DNA of 64,000 nucleotides, from contig NC_086097.1 in the NCBI RefSeq assembly GCF_963921235.1, positions 140,802,001-140,866,000 on the forward strand, written 5' to 3'. The position numbers were made by a program, and so were the translations under genes. Below are positions 1 to 13,189 of the stretch, piece by piece (position 1 is the stretch's first letter; every line of letters begins with the position of its first letter). A model generated the notes under the pieces. It made no database searches and was not told where the DNA came from. It worked only from the letters and a program-made list of their open reading frames with translations. Source of the DNA: Mobula hypostoma (lineage: Eukaryota).

Positions 1-2076
1 GCGGTAGACCCGCACAGGCTCAATGACACTTGGACACGTGATCAGCTGTTGGCTTTTGTGCCAGAGTGAGGGAGACCGGAGACACCGAAAACGCAGAATC
101 TGGTCTCTGGAACAAAGAACTACCTGCAAGAGGACCTCAGCAGGTCAAGCAGCATTTGCCAGCGAAAGGAACTGTCGACATTTTGAGTCGAAACGCTGCA
201 TCAAGACTCATTCCCCCTCCCTCTGCTCAACCCGCTCAGTTCGTCCAGCAGATTGTTTGGTCCTGGGAGAAACACTGAGATGTACTTTGCTGGGTACACC
301 TACTTGGTGTCATGGTCCGGATCCGGGTCCCTTTAAATTTACTTTGCTTATGTTACAATCCGGACCGTTGACTCACTGTTTCCCTTTGGTTCCTTGTTTT
401 CCCGTGTACCTCGGGCTTGGTGATTGGAGGCAATTTACTCTCGGCTGAACCGGCAGTTTATAGTCTCTGGCTGTCAGCCGTCCGGCGCGAGAGCGTTAAC
501 GAAGTCACCGAAGGTAGTTGCGAGCCAATGTCACCTGGCCGGAGCCAACTTAAGTTCTTGCCGGAGCAAGTCTAGCCTCCTCCAGAAGCAAGTGCCAGCA
601 GGCAGCCTTCCCTTGCCAGAGCAGATCAGTCAAAGTTAACCCGCCTGGGTTAGTCAAGAGCTCGCCGCTGCTTGGAGCGTACTTGGGGCCCAGTTATAGT
701 ACTGTCCATCATTATGTGGTCTCCGTATCCATGTCCTGCGTCTAAAAGGGGTCCGGGCCCTGTACCCTGGAAGGTTCCTGACCCTGTGTCAAGTAGAGTC
801 CTGACTCCGTCCTGTGTCTAAGGAGGATTCCCGGCTCAATGTTTTATGTCCTGTGTCTGAGACTGTCCCGTGAATAAGAGGAGTCCTTGGCTGGCCCTGG
901 CGGCTCCAAGTCTCAAGTCCTGGCCCTGGCGGCTCCAAATCTCAAGTCCTGGCACTGGAGGTCCATGATTCCGAGTCATAGCCCAGACCCTTAGTCCCAG
1001 CCTAGTCCAAGGCCTGAGTCCTTGTCCAGTTCGCTATTCCTGCTTCTGCTTTGCTCTCCTTGTAACGAGCAATAAACTTAATTTAAGTTAACATCACAAG
1101 CTGTGTTTGTGTCTTGCCTTTGGGTCCGCTACCAACGCCCCCCACTATGACACTTGGCGCTTGTGGTTTTTGAGGGGATCCAGGTGTGCCCCTATTGACT
1201 GTTTGAAGAGAGACAGAGAGAGAGAGAGTTATTTATCATCGATGGTTTGTTTTGAAAAGAGAGAGAGACGAAGATTGACGGTCGGACTGTCACGGGAGGT
1301 AACTTTGGAGTTTTACTTTGGAGATAACACTACGCAGCTCGAAGGTTTCTATGGTGACCGACAGAACATTATTGATGTTACTTTCAAGGACTTGTTGCTT
1401 GCTTACATTTCTTTACAGACAAAGGATGGACTCTTTGAATGATAAGTGATGCTCCGCCCGGTGAGATAAATAGGAGGTCAGATGATACAGACCTCAGACA
1501 CATGATCTGGTCACGGAGAGAGCATTGTTGTGCCCGCAGAGAAAGTGGGTTTTGGAGGATCGATCAGGCAGATCAATCCAATTGCTCTGCCAGTGAAAAT
1601 TCAAAAGCAAGACCAGTGGGGGAGTTGTCCATGTGTCCGACCCTAGCCTGGATAGATAGCTCAACCACTCCGAAGTACGATCCCCTTTGTTCTTAAAGTC
1701 ACAGCCGGTGACTTGTGAAGGATTTCGGAGGACGACGAGAAAATCGACGGCAACAGCTCACCTGAAGACTCAACTCACTCTCTCTCTCTCCATCGCTATT
1801 CAACTAAATACCACGAACTGAACTTTACTCAACATCGTAAGACTATCTTTTTACCCCTAGACTTAAAGAAGCTTGGTTTTTTCATACATATTTTTCCCAC
1901 ACTTACCGATTTACTTTATATCTATATATATAATTCTTGCTAACCTGTTTGATTTATCTTCACTTAGTTTACTGTATTACTGTTGTTAATAAATATTGTT
2001 AGTTTCTAGCAATACTAGACTCCAAAGTGGTTTCTATTTCTGCTGGTTCTTTATTCCCGTCATGGGGTACGTGACA
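1..2076 (+). mobile_element. Gypsy-type LTR (family A; solo or 3' LTR), interrupted by a family-B solo LTR at 308-1152; 5' end lies outside the window or is undefined
   Basis: ~1190-2076 is colinear with the 5' LTR of the 31.2-35.6 kb element and has the same terminus (ttattcccgtca..ggtacgTGACA at 2076). No primer-binding site (PBS) follows it. Confidence 0.75.
308..1152 (+). mobile_element. Solo LTR (family B), 845 bp
   Basis: TGTCATGG...TATGACA termini; 5-bp TSD CTTGG at 303-307 and 1153-1157; AATAAA near the 3' end; homologous to the LTRs at 19549, 27476, 32656, 58445 and 61849. Confidence 0.9.
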
Positions 2077-4027
2077 GGTTTCCCGCACTTTCGTTCAAAA
2101 ATCTCTCTACACCTTTCAATTGTTTCAAGAGCATCAGATATCTCTAGGCCGAGGATGCCCCTCACAGGGAGTGAAGTTATTGACTAAAACCACGGGAGAA
2201 AACCTATCGCAGCCCCTCACCTACATATAGATTGCACAAGACGGTGTGAAGTTCCTTGATCAGCTTTGAGAACAGGTCGCACAGAATTGTGTCGGATGTC
2301 AGTTAGCAGGACAGGCAGCCTCTGTGGAGCAAGATGCAACTGGGAAAAAGAAATAACAAACGAGTCTGGTTGAAATTGCTGCTGGTGGGCAGGGCAAAGG
2401 GAATATCTCCAGGGATGAGATCGAGGTTACCATAGTGATGAGGTTATCTTGTCACAGGTCGCACCAGCACCAGCTGTAAGACGCGGTTTCTTACAACTCT
2501 AACGTGCCCTTCGCTGTTTTTACTTGTGACCGGTCTCTCTAAATCCCATCTTTAATTTTTAAAGCAAATATACTTGTAACACTTGTGGATGTGGCAACCC
2601 CCTGCCCCACCTTATGACATGAGGGAATAATTTGTTATATAGCAGGCGGTTCCATCCAGAATCTATATCCTGTGGATGTGGCGAAGGCAGGTTCCACCGT
2701 GGCGTCGATAAATAACGGGATAAATACATGCAGGAGAAAAATGCTGAGACGAAGCTGCTGATGTCGTCTCCCATGGAGGCCCACCAGAACGGCCGACTGA
2801 TAAAGGCCTGAGTACAGTTGGTTCCAGGGTGACAGGATAACCGGGAAAAATGACCCCACTGCAATACCTGTGAGCGGACAGATCTGGGAACTTAAACACG
2901 ATTAGTGGGGCATTGACTAGGGACTGCCTCACTCTGTTGAGCAGCTGGCGCCATGGCTTCAATGTCCCATTGCGCTGCACCCACAAGACGGTAAGCAGGG
3001 AGGATGACATCGGGTACCTCAGGGGTCTAAGAGGAGGAAAGTCTTCGTGAGAGGGCATCAGGTTTTCCATTCTTGGAACCAGGCGGAAGGACAGAGTAAA
3101 ATTGAATCTTGAGAAAAACAGGCACCAACGAGCTTGACGGGAGTTGAGACGCATGGCAGTACGGTTATATACTAGATTCCTGTGATCAGTCTAGACCAAG
3201 AAGGGCACATTCGCTCCCTCCAGCCAATGCCTCCACTCCTCCAGAGCTAGCTTCACAGCCAGCAGCTCCCTGTTTCCGACATTGCAATTCCGCTCTGTGG
3301 GAGTGAGGCGGTGAGAAAAGAAGGCGCGGGGGTGTACCTTCTCATCCTTGGCCGAGCGCTGAGAGAAAACAGCTCCTACGGCAATGTCAGACGTATCCAC
3401 CTCCACAATGAACTGCTGGTCGGTGTCGGGTTGAATCAGGATAGGGGCAGAGGTGAAACGTACCTTCAGGTCAGAGGATGCTTTTTCAGCAGCAGGGGAC
3501 CAGGAGAATCTGACAGATGAGGCAAGAGCAGTGAGTGATGCAGCCAAAGTACTGTAATTTCTGATGAAGCAGCGATAGAAGTTAGCAAAGCCCAAGAAGC
3601 GTTGCAACTCCCGACCAGTGGAAGGTTGGGGCCATTCGACGATCGCTTTGACCTTCTGTTGCTCCATCTGAATGAACCGCCTGAAACGCGATGAAACTCA
3701 CATTTCCCAGCCTTCACAAAGAGCTGCTTCTCCAGAAGGCGCTGGAGAACTCTGCGGACGAGACCTGCGTGTTTAGCAAGGGACTTGGAAAATAATCAAA
3801 ACGTCTTCAAGATACACAAAAACAAATTGGTTCAGCGTGTCCCTGAGAACGTCATTTACCAGGACTGGAAGACGGCGGGGGCATTGGTGAGACCGAACGG
3901 CATGACCAGATACTCATAATGGCCTGAAGTGGTGTTGAAGGCCGTCTTCCACTCCTCCCCTTCGCGGATGCGGACAAGATGGTAGGCGTTACGGCGATCA
4001 AGCCTGGTGAGAACTGAGGCTCCTTGT

Positions 4028-5836
4028 CAGAGCCGGATTCAGTGGGGCCGGGGCCCCTGGGCTGGAGGCCCTGATGGGCCCCTGCCGACACCCTAAAATG
4101 CTGCTGTACCAACCAAGCAAAAAAAGGCAAGAACAAGAGCAAAGGTCGTTCTGGTCTAAATATCGAAGCTGTGGACCAAGACATTGGTTTAGGTCAACAC
4201 GTAGGCTATAAGCTTAAGAGGGAGGACAGAAAGTAATGCAGATTCTTAGTTTGAAGGACAGCATCTAAAGCACTGAAAAATTGACCTGGGCTCAGTTGAC
4301 TTAGTAAAGTTACGAGGGAGACAAAGTATGATGTACCCAATCTTAATTGTTTAGCTATTGCTGCACATTCCATAGGCCTTATTTCTCAAACAGTGCCAAA
4401 GCATTTTTATCCGGTATTTTTCTCAACCGTATGTTCTGAGAAAGTAAAATGGAAATGAGAGACAAAAAGGCCAAGAGAGATGGCACTGTGGCTAACTAGG
4501 AAACTTGACAATACTCCAACAATCTTTTTGAAAAATGAGATCTGGCACATACTAACCTATTGCTGTACTGTGTGGCTTGCAGAGTAAAGACCACTTATTA
4601 CTAAGTTTGTAAACAGTCAACTATTAGTTTCTTGACACAAAAACAGGAACAGCACTGACAGACAAGCCTAGATATTTACAAAGTCAGATGTTTTTCAAAA
4701 TTGAAGCCTAGTTCTTCTGGATTTCTAGCAGCAAAGTCCTTAATCAGATCACTAAAATCCAGTTTCCGAACAAGTGACATCAGAGTAAGATGACTCAGCC
4801 TGTCCTGTCCCATTGTGGATTTGAGCCTATGTAGTTGCCGTTATCACGCCTGCTAAATATGTTACTGGAGCCTCGGATAGCCAGTCCCCTCTCGACCAAA
4901 AACTTCACAACCGCCAACACTCTTCTCAATACGTCGGTCCAGTAGACACACTCTGACTCGAACTGCTTTTGCAGTTCTGTATCTATTCTTCCGCTGTCAG
5001 ACGCTAGTGTAACGTAGGTCAGTATCGCTTTCCTGCGGTGTTCGCTATTTTCATGCTACCTTATGCGCTCAGCGGCACGTTGCCAGTCGCTAAAACCAAT
5101 TTCGAAGATGGACTGACAGTTACCATCACTGAAGATGCGGCATGCAAAGCAAAACAAAACACACAGCCGGTGGAAGGGGAATATAAGAGCCAATGCCTTG
5201 ATATGTACTCACCATTTACGAGCTTGCGTTTGAAGTGAAATTTGGAGAAAAAACGTCTCTGCTGTTTGTATACTCGTTCCAAAGCTTTGATATCCATATC
5301 CTAATTCTGGCAGGACTCCGGCCCTTTCTTAGCCCAGTACGCTCGGACTGAATCATCTAACGTTTCCTTTCCCCAACGAGCAGGATCAGTGCTGTAAGGA
5401 TCCCCAGTAGCAGTAACGTTAACATTAATGGCGGCCCGACTTGGTTGGTCGGAGGCCTCTGTGGTTGGGAATCCCAAAGCTATGCTCTCTGCCTCTTCAA
5501 CGTTAGCTGCTGACTGTGGCAAGGACGGTGGTCCTGTGCTGACGCTGGTGCTAACGCTAACCGTTGAACAAGTCTCCATCTGTCCACCGGTCTCAGACTG
5601 TGACAAGGGCGATGGTACTGCTGCATAATCGAGAACGGTTTATAAAATTCTGTCCACTTCAATGTCTTTTTTAATGCTTCTTTCTCACGGTCCTCTTTTT
5701 CTTGTTTCGTTTTTCTTTTCTGTGCTCCACTCGTATTTTTTTGTCCGCCATGATGATAGCTACCTATTTTGGGCCCCTCTACAGCTCGGGCCCCTGGGCT
5801 GCAGCCCAGCCTAGCCCTGCCTAAAGTCCGGCCCTG
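4028..5836 (-). mobile_element. Internally deleted hAT DNA transposon (probably Tip100-like) nested in the Gypsy RT
   Basis: TIRs CAGAGCCGGATT (4028) and AAGTCCGGCCCTG (ends 5836); 8-bp TSD CTCCTTGT (4020-4027) / CTCCTAGT (5837-5844); transposase remnants RHWLLYSPSTGCVFCF (5061-5297) and VKFLVERGLAIRGS (~4870-4910). Removing it rejoins the RT frame ([15 protein letters not shown]). Confidence 0.9.
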
Positions 5837-7675
5837 CTCCTAGTAGTAGTTCAAATGCCGAGGGCGTGAGCGGAAGAGAGTAACGGTTCTTAACAGTGAC
5901 TCCATTCAGGCCCAGTAATCAATGCATGGACGTAAGGAGACGTCCTTCTTTCCAACAAAGAGAAAACCAGCACCAGCAGGGGAGAAAGACGGCCGGATGA
6001 TGCCTGCAGCCGGAGACTCTTGAATGTACTTACTCATGTTCAGGTACGGACAGGGAGTATAGGCGGCCCCTTGGGGGAGATATGCCAGGCAAGAGGTCAA
6101 TGGCGCAGTCATATGAAGGATGAGGCGGCAGAGAAGTGCCCAGGGACATGCTGAACACAGCCTTGAGGTTCATGTATTCAGGAGGGATGGCACTAAGGTC
6201 CGGAAATTCCTCGGGGGGATCTGGGCTTGGAGACAAGTGGATCCGAGCATGGCGGAGCCAGTGGGAATGACAGAATGGGCTCCAGACTTGCGACTGAGCC
6301 AGTTAATGTGGGGGTTGTGTTTAACTAACCAGGGATGGCCCAGGAAAATGGGAGCTTGTGGACAGTCAATAACATAAAGAGTTAACTGTTTATGATGGTT
6401 GCCGGATAAACTGAGACTCACCGGGGCCGTGACATGGGTGATGTTAGCCAGTCTCTGACCGTTCAAGGCGTTGGCCATCATTGGTGACTGGAGAGCAGAC
6501 GTGGGTAACCCCCACTGGGCAGCCAAGCCGGAATCGATAAAACAGCCCTCCACACCAGATTCCGCCAAGATGGAGATTTCTCGCCGTTGGACACCCTACT
6601 CCAGTGAAGCAGATATGAGAGCAAGTAGTGTCGAAGCGGGCAGGACGGGGGTCACGCTCACCAGTACTCCTCGTCCTACCGCTGAGCGCTTGGCTTTTAA
6701 TGGGCAGGTGGCGATGAAGTGGCCTGGTTGACCACAGTACAGACAGGAGCGGGTGCTGATTCTCCTTTGTCTTTCAGTCGGCGTCAGGCGGCTACGGTTA
6801 ACATGCATAGCTTCGGGTCTGGAACGGGAGTTGTAGATGGGGACAATCGGCAGGGCAATGCAGACTGAGGAGCTTCGAACTCACCCAGTGCCCCCAGGGA
6901 CCCTCTGGAACCCTTCCCTCTGCAGCACTGCTGAAGGCGAACGTCAACACGGATGGCCAAATTCACCAGGGCTTCAAAGGTGGCAGAAAGGTCCTGGGTG
7001 ACCAGCTCACCTTTGAAGTCTTCGGAGAGGCCGTTCAGGAAGGAGTCGTACTGTGCCTCCGAGTTCCAGCCGCTGGAGGTGGCTAGGATCCGGAACTTTA
7101 TGGCGTAATCTGACACAGATCTGCACCCCTGGTGCATGTGCAGCATTTCACAGGCAGCCTGTGTCCCATGTTTCGAGCGAGCAAATACTTCTGTCATCTC
7201 AGAAAATAACTGACAACTGCTGCAGAAAAGTGAGCCTGCCTCTCAACTGGCTATTCCCGATTGTCTCGGCCGACCGGACAGTTCGGTGATGACGTCGGCT
7301 ACGTTGGCTCGATCAGTCAGAAATGTTTTTGGTTGTAATTCAAAACTGAGGGTGCACTGGGAAAGAAAAGGGCGGCAGGTACTGGGCTCACCTGAGTACT
7401 TTTCTGGAGGAGGCAGACGGGGCTCTTGGACGGGAGGAGCATGCGAGGACGCGGAGGGCGGGGCGAAAGATACAGTCGCAGAATACTGATGGGTGCTCTG
7501 GCACAGCTGGAATAATTGAGTCTGGGCCCCGAGATCGGCTACATCGACAGAAAGCGATTCCGCTGCCCTGAACGCGGAGTCCAGCTGGTTCTGGTGTCTC
7601 CCCAGCATCACTCCCTGTTCTAGGACAGCTCTCAGACGACTGGGGTCTGCTGGATCCATTCTGGCCAGATTGTAC

Positions 7676-8084
7676 TGTCAGGACGCTGGAGCAGGGACCC
7701 AATCGCAGACCAAGTACTGTGCACACTGTGATATTTATTGAGTAACAAATTCAGAGGTGCAGACAAAGTCGGCGTCAAAATTCAGGCAGAGATCAAAACA
7801 TCCAGAGAAATCCAAAAATCTGAATCAGGAGAACTCACTAGCACAATCTAGCAACAAACAAGTGAAAACACAGGACTGAAATACACTGAGCAATAAACAG
7901 AGAGGCAGATGATAGGTGGAGCACAATGAGACACAGGTGGCAGCAATACAGGTAATAATGGGAAGCAGGTGAGGTCGGAGTAATCAGTGATACAGGGGCC
8001 GGAGTAGAACAGGGGCGGGGACAGTAGCCCATGGGGCATGAAAACAAGCAAGAGAACAGGGCAATACAAAAACACAGAATGACA
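7676..8084 (-). repeat. 5' LTR of the minus-strand Gypsy element (409 bp)
   Basis: TGTCA...TGACA termini on the minus strand, immediately upstream of the gag start near 7659. Confidence 0.7.
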
Positions 8085-8175
8085 GCTGGCGGAAAACATA
8101 CAAAGAGACAGAGCAACATACATCAAAGTTGCTGGTGAACGCAGCAGGCCAAGCAGCATCTATAGGAAGAGGCGC

Positions 8176-8211
8176 AGTCGACGTTTCAGGCCGAGACCCT
8201 TCGTCAGGACT
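8176..8211 (-). ncRNA. Minimal type I hammerhead ribozyme motif (PLE terminus)
   Basis: Minus strand reads AGTC-CTGACGA-AGGGTCTCGGCCT-GAAA-CGTC-GACT: core CUGANGA/GAAA, stem I AGTC/GACT, stem II AGG/CCT, palindromic ACGU stem III, GUC cleavage triplet. Confidence 0.7.
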
Positions 8212-8998
8212 AACTGAAGGAAGAGTGAGTAAGGGATTTGAAAGCTGGAGGGGGAGGGGGAGATGCAAAATGATAGGAGAAGACAGGAGGGGGAGGGATA
8301 GAGCCGAGAGCTGGACAGGTGATAGGCAAAAGGGGATACGAGAGGATCATGGGACAGGAGGCCTAGGGAGAAAGACGGGGGGGGGGGGGTGACCCAGAGG
8401 ATGGGCAAGAGGTATATTCAGAGGGACAGAGGGAGAGAAAGAATGTGTGCATAAAAAGGAGTAACAGCTGGGGTACGAGGGGGAGGTGGGGCCTAGCGGA
8501 AGTTAGAGAAGTCGATGTTCATGCCATCAGGTTGGAGGCTACCCAGACGGAATATAAGGTGTTGTTCCTCCAACCTGAGTGTGGCTTCATCTTTACAGTA
8601 GAGGAGGCCGTGGATAGACATGTCAGAATGGGAATGGGATGTGGAATTAAAATGTGTGGCCACTGGGAGATCCTGCTTTCTCTGGCGGACAGAGCGTAGA
8701 TGTTCAGCAAAGCGGTCTCCCAGTCTGCGTCGGGTCTCACCAATATATAAAAGGCCAGTCTTTCTCTCACTCTCCTTTTTCTCCCTCTGTCCCTCTGAAT
8801 ATACCTCTTGCCCATCCTCTGGGTCACCCCCCCGTCTTTCTCCCTAGGCCTCCTATCCCATGATCCTCTCGTATCCCCTTTTGCCTATCACCTGTCCAGC
8901 TCTCGGCTCTATCCCTCCCCCTCCTGTCTTCTCCTATCATTTTGCATCTCCCCCTCCCCCTCCAGCTTTCAAATCCCTTACTCACTCTTCCTTCAGTT

Positions 8999-9034
8999 AG
9001 TCCTGACGAAGGGTCTCGGCCTGAAACGTCGACT
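8999..9034 (+). ncRNA. Minimal type I hammerhead ribozyme motif (PLE terminus)
   Basis: AGTC CTGACGA AGGGTCTCGGCCT GAAA CGTC GACT read directly on the + strand. Confidence 0.7.
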
Positions 9035-9559
9035 GCGCCTCTTCCTATAGATGCTGCTTGGCCTGCTGCGTTCACCAGCAACTTTGATGTATGTTGCTTG
9101 AATTTCCAGCATCTACAGAATTCCTGTTGTTTACAAAGAGACAGAGTTCAGCTGGAGGTACTGATAAATGACCAATCATTCTGATAGTAACATCAGTAAA
9201 ATTTAAAAAAAACAAAGGAGGAAAATCAACAGGCACTTGGAGAGGATAATTCAGGAGAGCCAGCACGGACTTGTAAAGTGCAAATTGGATTTAATTAATA
9301 TAATTGATTTTTTGATAATATAAAAGAGAAGCTGATACAAGTCCATTAAACTAAAAAGTTAGCCTTGTCTCTCTGCACTAATGCAATCTAACCAGCCGAA
9401 CTGATCTCACAGCTTTGAACAGAAACCAATCAGCGTGACAAAGCTCACTCGGGTTCGCCAATTGTGTACATAAGGCATCGATTCATGGCAGTTTGGTTTT
9501 TGAACAGTCAGCGATCGAGATTGATTGGCAAGAATATATTCAAATACGTCAAGGGCAAG

Positions 9560-12500
9560 CAAAGTGGTCATTTTTGGAGCGGCTTTTGTTGAAGTGGACA
9601 GTATTATTTGAGGCTTTAGCTCTTCGAGGCTTCAGGGAGGTGAGGCCTGAGTGAGAGAAGGTGAAAAAACTGTAGGTAGATTTTATTTTCAGTTTATTTA
9701 TTGTTTCCTTCTTTATACTTGCAGAGTTAGAAGAGTAGGGATGTCAGGGGGAATAGCTGAGTGCTCGTCTTGCAGAATGTGGGAAGGCAGTATCTCTGAT
9801 GACTTCACCTGTAGGAGTGAACCCAGCTGCGCCTTAGAACACACTCCACGTTATGGAGTTGGAGCTGGACCTGCATGAACTCCAGATTATTTGGGACGCT
9901 GACGCAGTGATAGATAGGATATATAGAGAAGATGCAGGAGACAGGAGACAGGATGGCAGTCAGGAAGGGGAAAGGAATTAAATAGCCCGTGTAAAGGAGG
10001 TTCTGTAGATGAGAACGAGATTTCCGATAGTATGTTGCCTCCCGGGTGCCAAGGTCCGGGACGTCTCATATCGTAAGCATTCTTAAGTAAGAGAGTGGGC
10101 AGCCAGAGGCCATGATCCATACAGGTACCAAGGACATAGGTAGAATGGGCGATGAGCTTCCGCAAAGTGAGTTTAGGGAGTTAGGTGCTAAGTTAGCGGA
10201 CGGGACCTCCAGGATCGTAATCTCCGGGTTGCAACCAGTGCCACCTGTTAGTGAGGCTAGAAACAGGAGGATAATACAGTTTAACAGGTAGCTAAAGACT
10301 TCGTGTAGTAGGGAGGATGCCATATTTCTGGATCATTGGGCTGTCTTCCAGGAACCGTGGGATCTGTACTGAAGAAACGATTTGCACGTGAAATGGAGGC
10401 ACACTAATATCCTTACAGGAAGGTTTGCTAGAGCTGCATGAGTGGGGTGGGCAGAATTAAACTAGAGTGGGAGGGGTATGTGAACCAGAGTGCCAGAACA
10501 GATAGTGGACAGCTTGTGGAGACAGATGTTTTTAAGACATCAGACACCCCTCAGGAATCAACAGGTTGAGTAATATTCTGAGCTGCATGTATTTCAATGC
10601 AACAAATATTGTAGCAAAGGCAAATGAGTTCAGGGCATGGAAAAACACATCGAACTATGATATCCTAGCCATTAGTAAGGGTTTCAGGATGTCAGGACCG
10701 GCAGCCAAATCTTCTGGGTTCCGTTGTTTTACTGAACGAGAGGGATTAAAGGGGAGGGGTGGCGTTGCCAGTCATGGGAAATGTCAAGGCAGTGTTCAGT
10801 CAAGAAAGACTGGAGAACTTGTCAAGTGAGGATTTATGGGTGAAATTGAGGAATAAGAAACGTATGATCAGTTTAATGGGGCCATATTATAGACCACCCA
10901 ACAGTCCGCGAGGAACAAATCCGTAGAGAGATCGCAGATTGTTACGAGAAACATAAGGTTGTTATAGTCGATGATTTTAACTTTCCATATATTGATTGGG
11001 ACTCTCATACTGTCCCAATGGGAGACTGCGAGATACTTGATCTTCTTTCAGGGAATGAGACGGGGCAGGTGAAAGAAGTTAGTGTAGGAGAACACTTTGC
11101 ATTTATTGATCACAACGCGAATAGGTACAAAGTAATTATGGAAAAAGATAGGTCTGGTCCGTGGATTGAGATTCTAAATTGGGGAAAGGCTAATTTTGAT
11201 GATATCAGAAAGGATCTGGCAAGTATGGATTGGGACAGGCTGTTTTCTGGCAAAGATAATCCAGGTAAGTCGATGGCCTTCAAAAGTGAAATTCTAAGAT
11301 TACAAAGCTCGTATGTGCCTGTCAGAATAAAAGGTAAAGTTAACAATTGTAGGAAACCTTGGTTTTCAAGAAATATGGAAGCCCTGTTTAAAAAAAAAAC
11401 AGAAGGTGTCTTGCAGGTAGGAACAGATGAGGTACTTATGTAGTATAGGGAATGCAAGAGAATTCTCAATGAAAAAAAAACAGGAGCCTTGAAGAATGCA
11501 TAGAATGCATGAGATTGTCTTAGCAGACAAACTGAAGAGTTTCCTAAAGGATGGGCACAGAGTCTTTAGAAGTCAGGCAAAGCAACAGCGACATCATGGA
11601 CCCTACACAGATTGCAATGGAGGAACTGTTTGCTGTCTTGAGGCAAATTAGGGTGAATAAATCCCCAGGGACTGATAAGGAATTCCTTGGAACCCTGTGG
11701 GAGGCAAGTGCACAAATTGTAGGGGCCGTTGCAGAGTTATTTAGATCATCCTCAGCGATAGGTGACAAACCGGAAATCTGGAGGACAGCCAATGTTGTTC
11801 TGCTGTTTAAGAAAGGCTCTATGTAGAAACCAGGAAATTACGAGTTGGTGAGCCTGATATTAGCAGTGGGAAATGTTTGGCAATTATTCTAAGGGACCGG
11901 ATATATGAGTATTTGGATATATATGCACTGATTAGGCACAGTCAGGATGGCTTTCTTCATGCTGGTCGTGCCTAACCAAACGCAGAAGTTTTCGAGGAGG
12001 TTACCAGGAATGCTGATGAAAGCAAGACAGTGGATGTTGTCTACATGGACTTTAGTAAGTCAGTTGACAAGGTCCCGCGTGGGAGACTGGCCATGAAGGA
12101 TCAGTTGTTAGGCATTCAAAGTGAGGTAGCAAATTCGTTTAGACATTGGCTTTGTGAGAGAAGCAAGATAGCAGTAGTAGATGGTTACCCCTCTGACTGG
12201 AGACCTTTGACTAGTGGCGTGTCAGAGGGAGCGATGCTAGGTCTGCTGATTGTCATCTATTGAAATGATCTGAATGTTAATGTGGTCAATTGGATCAGCA
12301 AATTTGCAGATGACAGCAAGGTTCAGAGTGTTTTGAACAGTGAGAAAGATTCTTAGAGCTTGTAGCGGGAACTGCACCAGCTGAAAAGTGGGCGTAAAAA
12401 ATGGCAGATGGAATATAGTGCAGACAAGTGCGAGGTGTTGCACTTCGGAAACACCAGCATAGTCAGCACTAACAGAGTGAGCGTAGGGCACTGAGGAGTG

Positions 12501-13188
12501 CAGCAGACAAAGGCAACTGGGAATACATGCCCCGACTTCATTGACAGCGGCATTATAGGTTGATAGGGGCATAAAGAAAACATTTGGTACATTGGTCTTC
12601 ATAGATCAATGTATTGAGTACAGGAGTTGGGATGTTATGTTCAAGTTGTATAAGACGTTGACAGAGCCTAATTTGGAGTATTGTGTGCAGGTAATAAGGT
12701 TGACGAAGTGCAATGAAGAAATTACCAAGATGTTGCCAGGACTGGAGAACCTGAGTTAAAAGGAAAGATTGAACAGGTTAGGACTTTATTCCTTGGAACG
12801 GAGAAGATGGAGGGTGGGAGATTTGATAGAGGTATACAAAATTATGAAGGGTATATATATATATATAGGCCCTTTTCCACTGAGGTTCGTTGGGACTACA
12901 GCTAGAGGTCATGGGTTTACTCTGCAAAGTGAAAGGTTTAAGAGGAAGATCAGGGAAATTTCGTTTCACAGAGATCGATCTCGGTGTGGAACGCACTGCC
13001 AGCTCAAGTGATGCATGCGAGCTCGATTTCGACGTTTAAGAGAAGTTTGGCTAGGTATATGGTTTCAGGGCTATGGAGGGTATGGTCTGGGGGCAGATCG
13101 ATGGAATCAGACGTTTAAATGGTTCGGCACGGACTAGGTGGGTTGAAGGGCATGTTTCTGTGCTGTAAGTTTTTTATGTCTCTATGAC
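9560..13188 (+). mobile_element. Near full-length degenerate CR1 LINE (ORF1 zinc finger/esterase, ORF2 APE + RT)
   Basis: ORF1-like ECSSCRMW..DFTC and CCLPGA.VRD (~10040); APE-like CMYFNA and EILNWGKANFDDIRKDL; RT-like KSPGTD and VDVVYMDFSKSVDKV; CR1-type end LNRLGLYSLERRR followed by a 3' UTR. Many stops, frameshifts and internal deletions. Confidence 0.88.
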
Positions 13189-13189
13189 T

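Larger units (their letters stand above)
2570..8084 (-). mobile_element. Decayed Ty3/Gypsy LTR retrotransposon (5' LTR, gag, protease, RT, RNase H, start of integrase), 3'-truncated
   Basis: Minus-strand ORF pieces: gag (7243-7659 MDPADPS..., 6784-7197 GWNSEAQ), CCHC knuckle CLYCGQPGHFIATC, protease region (6170-6568), RT (RPCIDY ... EWKTAF ... MPFGLTNAP ... FVYLED), RNase H (3191-3667, EVDTSD ... [19 protein letters not shown]). Multiple frameshifts; the RT YxDD motif reads YLED. Confidence 0.92.
8114..9131. mobile_element. Truncated Penelope-like element with inverted-repeat structure
   Basis: 8114-8758 matches the 3' part of the PLE at 37073-38396; 8760-9131 is an inverted copy of its 3' terminal region; 15-bp TSD TACAAAGAGACAGAG at 8099-8113 and 9132-9146. 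Confidence 0.88.

Noticed and set aside
5061-5606. ZMYM1-like zinc-finger host gene
   Set aside because: It lies within TIRs and an 8-bp TSD and is frameshifted: a hAT transposase remnant.
6170-7659. Domesticated PEG10/RTL1-like host gene
   Set aside because: It has an LTR, multiple frameshifts, a mutated YxDD and a hAT insertion, so it is a decayed retrotransposon.
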